DNA of 53,208 nt from NCBI GenBank assembly GCA_017959965.1, contig JAGCZO010000157.1, positions 1 through 53,208 of the forward strand, in the 5' to 3' direction. Position 1 is the first letter of the stretch. The number at the start of each line of letters is the position of its first letter. This document shows, one piece after another, positions 29,224-36,861 of the stretch. The notes under the pieces were generated by a model. The model was given only the letters and a program-made list of their open reading frames with translations. It did not search any database and was not told where the DNA came from. The position numbers and the translations under genes were made by a program. The DNA comes from Clostridia bacterium (GTDB taxonomy: Bacteria; Bacillota; Clostridia; UBA1212).

Positions 29224-29970
29224 ATGGCAATTGTTTTTCAGAAACCCCACGCTCTTACGGATAAGCCCTTCCATTACTGCCCCGGATGCACCCACGGACT
29301 GATCCACCGCCTTGTCGCCGAGGTCCTTGACGAGCTTGGCATCGAAGGCACCACGGTAGGCGTTGCCAGCGTTGGCTGCACCTATAACAGCTATGAATAT
29401 TTTAACTGCGACATGGTCCAGGCCGCTCACGGCAGGGCTCCCGCAGTCGCCACAGGCCTCAGACGTTCGCTTCCCGACAGACAGGTGTTCACCTATCAGG
29501 GCGACGGAGACCTCGCGGCTATCGGTACGGCTGAGATCGTACACGCGGCCACCAGAGGCGAAAAGATCACCACGATCTTCGTTAACAACGCCATCTACGG
29601 CATGACCAGCGGTCAGATGGCTCCCAAGACCCTTGTTGGTCAGGTGACCACCACCACTCCCTTCGGAAGAAAGCCTGAACTCCACGGCTACCCCATCAGA
29701 GTCTGCGAGATGCTCTCGACTCTTGAAGGCGCCGCCTTCGTGGAGCGCGTGGCGGTGAACAACGTCGCCAACGTAAGAAAAGCAAAGGCCGCCATTAAAA
29801 AGGCCTTCAAGGTCCAGATGGCCGGCAAGGGCTTCTCCATCGTTGAAGTTCTCTCGATCTGCCCGACGAACTGGGGCATGAATCCTCAAAAGGCCCTCGA
29901 ATGGCTTGAGCAGAACATGATGGAGCATTATCCGCTTGGCAATTTCAAAGGCAAGGACCTGGAGGTGTGA
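29224..29970 (+). CDS. 2-oxoacid:ferredoxin oxidoreductase beta (TPP-binding) subunit
   Basis: YCPGCTH, HGRA, YQGDGD, NNAIYGMT, CPTNW. Confidence 0.9.
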   Translation: MAIVFQKPHALTDKPFHYCPGCTHGLIHRLVAEVLDELGIEGTTVGVASVGCTYNSYEYFNCDMVQAAHGRAPAVATGLRRSLPDRQVFTYQGDGDLAAIGTAEIVHAATRGEKITTIFVNNAIYGMTSGQMAPKTLVGQVTTTTPFGRKPELHGYPIRVCEMLSTLEGAAFVERVAVNNVANVRKAKAAIKKAFKVQMAGKGFSIVEVLSICPTNWGMNPQKALEWLEQNMMEHYPLGNFKGKDLEV

Positions 29971-29971
29971 T

Positions 29972-30499
29972 ATGCAAGAGATCATTTTAGCGGGATTCGG
30001 AGGACAGGGCATACTGTCCATGGGAAAATTCATCGCGATGGCAGGTCTTGAAGAAGGCAAAAACGTATCCTGGCTCCCCTCTTACGGGCCGGAGATGCGG
30101 GGCGGCACCGCAAACTGCAACGTTATCGTTGCCGAGGAAGAGGTCGGCTCCCCGATCATCAACAAAGCCACGGCGATAATCGTTATGAACCAGCCTTCGC
30201 TGGAAAAATTCGAAAGCTATCTTATCCCGGGCGGCGTGGTCATCCTGGACAGCTCCCTTGTCCCTGTGATGCCCGAGAGAAAGGACGTTGAGGTCTACGC
30301 GATACCCGCGACTCAGATGGCTTACGAGCTGGGCAACTCGACCTTTGCCGGCATCATCCTCCTGGGCAAGCTCCTTGAGGTGACCGGAGTCGTCTCCCGC
30401 GAAAGCTTTGAAAAAGCGCTCTACAAGATACTGCCGCCAAAAAAGCACGGGATGATCCCGGACGAGATGGCCGCTCTTGAAAAAGGCGCGAAATACTGA
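29972..30499 (+). CDS. 2-oxoacid:ferredoxin oxidoreductase gamma subunit
   Basis: AGFGGQG, PSYGPEMRGG; ATG 29972 after GGAGG. Confidence 0.9.
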   Translation: MQEIILAGFGGQGILSMGKFIAMAGLEEGKNVSWLPSYGPEMRGGTANCNVIVAEEEVGSPIINKATAIIVMNQPSLEKFESYLIPGGVVILDSSLVPVMPERKDVEVYAIPATQMAYELGNSTFAGIILLGKLLEVTGVVSRESFEKALYKILPPKKHGMIPDEMAALEKGAKY

Positions 30500-30569
30500 A
30501 CGTAAAACCTGAAGGGGCGGCGCTGTTTCATAAAGGCGGCGCCCCGAATCATATTGATCGGGAGATACT

Positions 30570-31148
30570 ATGAAGAAAACTCTTTGCCTGGCGTCAAATT
30601 CCCCGAGACGACGCGAACTGATCAGGTATTTAAACAGACCGTTCGTAACTTTTTCCGTTGATATAGACGAAAAAAGCAATTCGAACGACCCGGTGGAATA
30701 CGTGCGGGAGATCGCCAATGAAAAGGCGGACGCCGTCCTTGAACAGAGAGGCATGGGCGATGACGAGATCGTGATCACCGCGGACACCTGTGTTGCCGTT
30801 GGGGGCGAGATAATGGGAAAACCCGGGAACAGAGCGGAAGGCTTTGAAATGCTGAAAAAGCTTTCGGGAAAGACCCACACCGTTTCCACAGGTGTGGTGA
30901 TCCTGAATAAACTCGGCGGGACCGTTATGCGGCACTGCCTCTGCGAGACCACAAGGGTGACCTTCGCGGAGCTTTCGGACGGAGAAATAAACGAGTATCT
31001 GGACACGGGAGAATATGCGGACAAGGCAGGCGCCTACGCGATACAGGGAGCTTTCTCAAAGCACATCACAGGTATCGAGGGAGATTACAATAACGTTGTA
31101 GGCTTCCCGGCGGCGGCTGTTTACGAGCTCTTGAAGACGATAGAATAA
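30570..31148 (+). CDS. maf: Maf family nucleoside triphosphate pyrophosphatase
   Basis: LASNSPRR, ADT, GKP, LSGKTH, DKAGAYAIQG, NVVGFP. Confidence 0.92.
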   Translation: MKKTLCLASNSPRRRELIRYLNRPFVTFSVDIDEKSNSNDPVEYVREIANEKADAVLEQRGMGDDEIVITADTCVAVGGEIMGKPGNRAEGFEMLKKLSGKTHTVSTGVVILNKLGGTVMRHCLCETTRVTFAELSDGEINEYLDTGEYADKAGAYAIQGAFSKHITGIEGDYNNVVGFPAAAVYELLKTIE

Positions 31149-31232
31149 AGCCTTAAAGGCGTAAAAAACAGCGGTCTCCCAAGATCCGATCTCAGGGAGC
31201 CCGGCGATTTTATTATGCAAGGTGCAGGTGTG

Positions 31233-31982
31233 TCAGGCCGCGATTATCTCGATCTCGCCTATCTGCATCAGTATGCCGTCAACTCCCGACGGAACGTCGT
31301 AGAGCTTTGTGGCAACGAACTTAACGTATCCGGCGGTGACGGCGTCGAACGTCAGTACGACGGGTTTGGTGCTGCCGGTCTTCGCGTTTTTGCACCCTTC
31401 GACGGAGGCCACAGTGGTGTAATTCTTTCCGTCAAGAGACACCTCAATGTGGAAGTCCACCGGGAAGCAGGAGCCTCCGATGGTGGGGCAGACGTTGACG
31501 GTGTCTATGAGAGTGTATTTCTCGAGCTTGAAGATCATCCACTCCTCCTGGTCCGGGTCGTCCTGATTGACGCCCACGTTGGTGGTCCAGCCCAGGCTGG
31601 GCTGCTCAAGGGTCGTATCGTAAATAATACCGTCGTTTATAAACTCATAGGACCAGCCCCATTGCACGTGGGTGTCGCCCGTTGTCGACGAAACGTCTTC
31701 GATATCGGCGGTAAGAGCAACGTTGACTCCTTTTTCGATAGTCGGGTCCGCGGTGGGAACCGGGGTCGGGGTAGGCTCCTCCGTCGGCGCCGGAGTGTCG
31801 GTGGGCGCCTCAGTGGGGGCAGGGGTCGCTTCCTCCGCAGTTGCCTCTCCCGCAGTCTCGTTAACGCCCGGCGCGGCGCTTTCCGCGGGGCTTTCCGTGG
31901 ACGGTGCGCAGGAGCAAAGGAACGCCGCGGTAAGAACCGCAAGAACGGAGACAAAAACGGTGATAATTATCGTTTTTTTCAT
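31233..31982 (-). CDS. Lipoprotein with PT linker and discoidin (F5/8 type C, CBM32-like) domain
   Basis: Lipobox-like LCSC; NVAL..., INDG, EWMIFKL, FP.DFHIEVSLDG.NY, YVKFVAT, QIGEIEI; start MKKTII. Confidence 0.78.
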   Translation of the reverse strand: MKKTIIITVFVSVLAVLTAAFLCSCAPSTESPAESAAPGVNETAGEATAEEATPAPTEAPTDTPAPTEEPTPTPVPTADPTIEKGVNVALTADIEDVSSTTGDTHVQWGWSYEFINDGIIYDTTLEQPSLGWTTNVGVNQDDPDQEEWMIFKLEKYTLIDTVNVCPTIGGSCFPVDFHIEVSLDGKNYTTVASVEGCKNAKTGSTKPVVLTFDAVTAGYVKFVATKLYDVPSGVDGILMQIGEIEIIAA

Positions 31983-32011
31983 AGCTGAGATCCTCAAAAT
32001 CTTTTAGTTTC

Positions 32012-32037
32012 AAAGACCGGCGGAACGGTCTTTTTTA
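32012..32037. terminator. Terminator-like hairpin between the GH1 and lipoprotein genes
   Basis: AAAGACCG-gcggaa-CGGTCTTT plus T-run. Confidence 0.45.
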
Positions 32038-32058
32038 TTGGCGGCGTCAGTTCCCTGA

Positions 32059-33414
32059 TTATTTAAGAAAATCCCGGAACCAGGCGGCGCTGTCCTTTTC
32101 TATATAACCGTCTCCTTCTTTTCTCATGAGACCGAAACGGTAGCCGTAGCCTGCGGTCCACTCGAAATTGTCAAGGAGAGTCCAGGCAAAATATCCTCTC
32201 ACGTCCGCCCCTTCGTCAACGGCCTTTTTCAGCCACTCGAGGAAGCCTTTATAATAGCGGACTCTGGTGGGATCATGGATCACGGGCCTGCCGTTTTCCG
32301 TTTCGATCCTTTCGTTCAGTCCGAAGGTGCCGTTCTCAGTGATAAAAATGGGCAGATCGCCGGTGAAATTGGATCTGACGTTGGCGAGGGCGTCGTATAT
32401 CGCTTTTGGGTAGTACTCCTGGCCGTTGTCCATGAAGTTGCCGCCTCTGTGTTCGATCTCGTCCCGCGCTGCGGAGGGGTCTGAACTGTCGACGACCCGG
32501 TTGTAGCAGTTGAGACCAAAGAAATCCAGGGACTCGCATATGCTCTCCATATCTCCGGGCTGAATGTCGGGCATGGACCCGGTCTCCTCCATGTAGCGGA
32601 GAAGAGGCTCGCGGTAGAAGCCCTTGAAGATGGGACTCATGTAGGATCTGTAGGTCTTTTCGTTCTCCAGCTCCGCGATCCGGATATCACCGGGATCGTC
32701 CTTCCTTGCGGGGTGGTGGTGCCAGACGTCGACGACAATGCCAATGTTCGGATGGTCAAGCCCGAACTCCTTTTTGGGTCCGCAAACGTCCCTGAAGCGT
32801 CTCACAGCCTCGCCGTGGGCAAGGAGAAGATTGTGATTGGCCTGTCTGCCGCATTTTTCGCCTTTTCTGCCGGGGGCGAAGGCCCCAAGACTGTAGCCGA
32901 CGTACGTGGCGATTGGCTCGTTGAAGGTGGCGAAGAGGGGGATCTCATCCTTGAAGGTCCTGAAGATCAGCTCCGCGTAGTCCCCGAACCAGCCGGCAAT
33001 GTCCCTGGTGAGAAAACCGCCCCGGCACTCCAGCTCGAAGGGAAGGTCCCAATGGTAAAGAGTGGCGTTCGGCGTGATCCCCAGCTCCAGCATCTTGTCG
33101 ACAACGCGCCTGTAGAAGTCGAGACCGGCCTGATTCACCCTTCCGAAGCCGTCGGGGAGGATCCTTGCCCAGGAGAAGGAAAATCTGTGAGCGTTGAAGC
33201 CAAGGGACTTCATGAGCTCAAGCTGCTCCGGATACTTGCGGTAGTAGTCGCAGGCAACGTCCGGCGTGTCGTTGTTCCCTATTTTTCCGGGAATACGTGA
33301 AAACACGTCCCATATATTCAGGCCCTTGCCGTCCTCAAAAGCCGCGCCTTCGATCTGTGCCGCGGAGGTGGCAATTCCCCACAAAAAGTCTTCGGGAAAA
33401 TCCTTTCTGTTCAT
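32059..33414 (-). CDS. GH1 beta-glucosidase
   Basis: FLWGIATSAAQIEG, RFSFSW, TLYHWDLP, catalytic TFNEP and ITENG, DNFEW. Confidence 0.92.
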   Translation of the reverse strand: MNRKDFPEDFLWGIATSAAQIEGAAFEDGKGLNIWDVFSRIPGKIGNNDTPDVACDYYRKYPEQLELMKSLGFNAHRFSFSWARILPDGFGRVNQAGLDFYRRVVDKMLELGITPNATLYHWDLPFELECRGGFLTRDIAGWFGDYAELIFRTFKDEIPLFATFNEPIATYVGYSLGAFAPGRKGEKCGRQANHNLLLAHGEAVRRFRDVCGPKKEFGLDHPNIGIVVDVWHHHPARKDDPGDIRIAELENEKTYRSYMSPIFKGFYREPLLRYMEETGSMPDIQPGDMESICESLDFFGLNCYNRVVDSSDPSAARDEIEHRGGNFMDNGQEYYPKAIYDALANVRSNFTGDLPIFITENGTFGLNERIETENGRPVIHDPTRVRYYKGFLEWLKKAVDEGADVRGYFAWTLLDNFEWTAGYGYRFGLMRKEGDGYIEKDSAAWFRDFLK

Positions 33415-33469
33415 TCTTCGATCCTTTCGGTCAGGGCGGAGCCCCGGTCAAAACCTTAATAGGCAGCCT

Positions 33470-34639
33470 TTATTCGCCTGTCACGGTGGCGTAGACCACC
33501 TGGGCGTAAACTCTCGACATGAAGTCGTTGGGGTGGTTGATATTGTTTCCCGTGTAGTCCCGGAATCTCTTGGTCTCCAGCATGGAGAGACTCATGGCGG
33601 TCATCTGTCCAACGGCAATGTGTTTACCGAGAGCGGTGTATTCCTGCGCCAGCTCAAAGAAAACGCCTTCGAACAGATACTGATTGCCGTACCAGCCGTT
33701 CACCGCCTCGTTGTTGGGCACCATCGTTGCGAGAAGAAGCATCTCCACGTCGGGGACCATACCGTATACCGCTTCAATGGCGGCCTTCTGGAGCTCCTTT
33801 TCCGTCTCAAGGGAGTTCCCCGCGTCATTCATGCCAAAGGCAAGGAGCATAAAGTCGCAGCCGTATTTTTCTATGAACGGCTTGACGTAGGTGTCGAATT
33901 TCTCCACGCCGTCGTTGATCCTCCAGCCGCCGACGGCGGGGTTGATATAAGTGATCGTACCTCTTGTGCCGAAGACCGCCGGTTCCTCCGGGACCGCGTT
34001 GGTGCCGGGAAGATCCACCGATACGTATTTGACGGTGTAGCCGTACTTTTTGGCGAGGTAGTGGGTGAACATCCTGGGCCAGATGGGAGTGTGGGGCTCA
34101 AGGCCCAGCATTCCCGTTGCGGAGGCTCCGAAGGTGATGCTGTCGCCGTAGAACAGGAGGGTGACGTCTTTCCCCGCGTCAAGCTTTTTGAGAAGCCTTG
34201 CGAATTTCGCGCTTTCGTCATTGGGGATGAACAGCTTCCTGCCGCTTGAATGGGCGTAGGTCACGAACACCTGATATTTGCAGATGAGCTCGCTGAAATA
34301 GATGCTTTTTTCTTCGCCTCTGTCCATGACTTTGATCTGGAAGGGAAATTCCTTGTTATCCGAAAAATACAGCTCCTCAGGGATAAAACTGATCGTCGAA
34401 TCCTCCGTCAGCTCGACCTTGCCGTCCACCAGGTTGTAGTCTTTTCCTTCTTTGTATTCGGTCTTCAGGTCAAAGGAGCGGATCGAGATGATCCTGTCCG
34501 CGGGGTAAAGCAGGGGAGCCTTGTCGCCCCGGCCCACGAACATGACAGATTCGTTGTAGACGTAGGGGCCTTTCCAGACAGGCGCCATCCAGGTTTCGAT
34601 GTCGTACTTGTCAAGTACGGGTTTTCCGGTAATACTCAT
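33470..34639 (-). CDS. SGNH/GDSL hydrolase (putative carbohydrate esterase)
   Basis: YGDSIT, AFGMND, NINHPND blocks. Confidence 0.8.
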   Translation of the reverse strand: MSITGKPVLDKYDIETWMAPVWKGPYVYNESVMFVGRGDKAPLLYPADRIISIRSFDLKTEYKEGKDYNLVDGKVELTEDSTISFIPEELYFSDNKEFPFQIKVMDRGEEKSIYFSELICKYQVFVTYAHSSGRKLFIPNDESAKFARLLKKLDAGKDVTLLFYGDSITFGASATGMLGLEPHTPIWPRMFTHYLAKKYGYTVKYVSVDLPGTNAVPEEPAVFGTRGTITYINPAVGGWRINDGVEKFDTYVKPFIEKYGCDFMLLAFGMNDAGNSLETEKELQKAAIEAVYGMVPDVEMLLLATMVPNNEAVNGWYGNQYLFEGVFFELAQEYTALGKHIAVGQMTAMSLSMLETKRFRDYTGNNINHPNDFMSRVYAQVVYATVTGE

Positions 34640-34713
34640 AACAAATATCCTTTCAGATCGCTATATTAATTGCGCAAAACCGGGACCCGGAATGCGCCAA
34701 TGCTATATGCGGG

Positions 34714-34742
34714 ATTTTAGTATTGAAAGGGGGAAAAGTCAA
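34714..34742 (-). promoter_or_regulatory. Putative sigma-A promoter of the SGNH-GH1 operon
   Basis: Minus strand TTGACT-17 nt-TAAAAT. Confidence 0.65.
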
Positions 34743-34765
34743 GGTGCGGATGATGCAGTGGGAAT

Positions 34766-34813
34766 GACGCGCCTGGCGGCGCAATGCTAATGGACGCGCC
34801 TGGCGGCGCAATG
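34766..34813. repeat. Perfect 21-bp direct repeat x2 (period 27) between divergent promoters
   Basis: GACGCGCCTGGCGGCGCAATG at 34766-34786 and 34793-34813. Confidence 0.85.
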
Positions 34814-34841
34814 ATGCACTTTTAACACATGCGTCAAAATA

Positions 34842-34870
34842 TTGGCGCGGACACGTTTTTTTGATATAAT
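34842..34870 (+). promoter_or_regulatory. Putative sigma-A promoter of paralogues C and D
   Basis: TTGGCG-17 nt-TATAAT with extended TG. Confidence 0.6.
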
Positions 34871-34956
34871 AAAGCCAAACGACCGGAAACGGCGCCGTGG
34901 GTGCGCCGTGAAGATAAGATCACCGGAAAGATTCCGGGGAAAAACGGAGAACTGTG

Positions 34957-36810
34957 ATGACCCATTCGGAAAATTCTTCAACGCAAGGCTTTAAGTCAAT
35001 GAGACAAAACCGCACGTCCGCGTTTGCCAAGGCCCTCGCCTTGCTGGCAGCGGCTGTCGCAGTAATACTTTTGGCGTCGGGGTGCAGCACGGGCCCCGTT
35101 GAAACGTCCGACGAATACGTCAACACCTCCGAGGCGAGGAACAGTGTGACCTTCGCGGTGGACGACCTTGGCAGGAAGACCGTCACGGGGAAGGACGCTC
35201 CGGAAGCCCGGGAGGGTAAATACGTCGGCATTTTCTATTTTCTCTGGCTGGGCGAGCACGGCCTCAGCGGTCCCTACGACAACAGCGTCATCGAGAAGAC
35301 CCTCGGGTCCACTGCGTCGGAAAAGAACTGGATCGACGCCGGCGGCGGAAAGGAGAGGGCTCACCATTTTTGGGGCAAGCCTCTCTTCGACTACTACGTT
35401 TCATCCGATAAATGGGTCACCAGGAAGCACATCCAGATGCTTACGGACGCGGGAATTGACTTCGTGGTCTTCGACACCACGAACTCGGTTACGTACATTG
35501 ACAACGCGCTGAACTTCATTGCCATTGCCCACGAGTACAACCAGGCGGGGTTCAAAGCGCCCCAGGTGGTCTTCTACACCAACACCCGCTCCGGACAGAC
35601 CATGGAGGAGATCTACCGCAAGATTTACATGAAACACCGGGGCTTTTCCGACACCTGGTTCTGCCGCGACGGAAAGCCTCTGATCATCGGAGACAAATAT
35701 GACTCCGGACTTAGCGACGAGGCGTCGGCTTTCTTTACGTTCAAAGCCAATCAGTGGCCGAACGAGGACAAAAAGGACAACGGATTTCCCTGGATGGAAT
35801 TCAGCAGGCTCCTTTCGGATTACGCCGTCTACGGCGAACGGGGACGCAAAGAGATCGTGAACGTTTCGGCGGCACAGCACTGCAACACCATCAGGTTCAG
35901 CGCCACGGCCTGGTACGGCGGTTCGGATCACACCAGAAGCTGGCACGACGGGGCCATCGACACCTCGCCGGACGCGTATCTTTACGGTTACAACATTGCC
36001 GAGCAGTACGAGTGGGCACTCAAAATGGACCCTGAGATAGTGTTTATCACGGGCTGGAACGAGTGGGTCGCCCAGAGACAGCCGGGAAGCGCAGACCAGC
36101 CTGTGGTGTTCGTCGACTGCTGCGACACCGAGTGCAGCCGAGACATCGAACCCATGGAGGGCGGCTTCTTCGACAACTACTACATGCAGATGATATCCTT
36201 CGTCAGAAAATTCAAGGGCGTTGACGCGGACACCTCCGCCGTCAGGAAGACCATAAGCATCGACGGAGGGTTTGCCCAGTGGAACGACGTGGCGGCGTAT
36301 TACGTTGACTACGAGAACGATACGGTGAACCGGGACTGGTACATCTTCGGATCCACTGAAATACAGAACACCACCGGAAGAAACGATATCGTTGAAATGA
36401 AGGTCTGCGAGGATACGCAATACGTCTATTTCTTCGTAAAAACCGCCAATGACATCACCGAGCCCTCAGAGGACTGGATGAGGCTCTACATCGGCACCTA
36501 CGGAAAGGGCCGCGGCGGCTACGACTACTGCGTCAACTACAAAGCACCCGACAAGGAAGGAAAGCTCCACGTCGGAAAGATCGCTCCCGGCACGGGCGAC
36601 TACAGCTTCACGGAGGCCGGCGAGGCAGATTACAGGATCAAGGACAACATGATGATGCTCAGGGTCAGAAAGAGCACCATTGGCGTGTTCATAAACGCAA
36701 ATATTATATTCAAGTGGGCCGACAACTGCGGCGACAACGTTGAAGGCTTCTACAAAAACGGCGACGCCGCTCCCATCGGAAGGGCGGGGTACTGCTACGG
36801 TAACAGATGA
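34957..36810 (+). CDS. Lipoprotein GH71/GH99-like putative glycoside hydrolase, paralogue C
   Basis: Lipobox ASGC; DDLGR, VGIFYFLW, FWGKPLFDYY, DAGIDFVVFDTTN, ITGWNEW, SRDIEP, FKWADN, GDAAPIGR; start 34957 or 34999. Confidence 0.7.
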   Translation: MTHSENSSTQGFKSMRQNRTSAFAKALALLAAAVAVILLASGCSTGPVETSDEYVNTSEARNSVTFAVDDLGRKTVTGKDAPEAREGKYVGIFYFLWLGEHGLSGPYDNSVIEKTLGSTASEKNWIDAGGGKERAHHFWGKPLFDYYVSSDKWVTRKHIQMLTDAGIDFVVFDTTNSVTYIDNALNFIAIAHEYNQAGFKAPQVVFYTNTRSGQTMEEIYRKIYMKHRGFSDTWFCRDGKPLIIGDKYDSGLSDEASAFFTFKANQWPNEDKKDNGFPWMEFSRLLSDYAVYGERGRKEIVNVSAAQHCNTIRFSATAWYGGSDHTRSWHDGAIDTSPDAYLYGYNIAEQYEWALKMDPEIVFITGWNEWVAQRQPGSADQPVVFVDCCDTECSRDIEPMEGGFFDNYYMQMISFVRKFKGVDADTSAVRKTISIDGGFAQWNDVAAYYVDYENDTVNRDWYIFGSTEIQNTTGRNDIVEMKVCEDTQYVYFFVKTANDITEPSEDWMRLYIGTYGKGRGGYDYCVNYKAPDKEGKLHVGKIAPGTGDYSFTEAGEADYRIKDNMMMLRVRKSTIGVFINANIIFKWADNCGDNVEGFYKNGDAAPIGRAGYCYGNR

Positions 36811-36861
36811 CCGTTCCGCGGAACAGGACGCTTGTTTACAAACGGTAAGGAGAAACGACCT

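Noticed and set aside
34766-34813. Possible mini-CRISPR or insertion target duplication
   Set aside because: Only two copies separated by 6 nt; no transposase or terminal inverted repeats nearby
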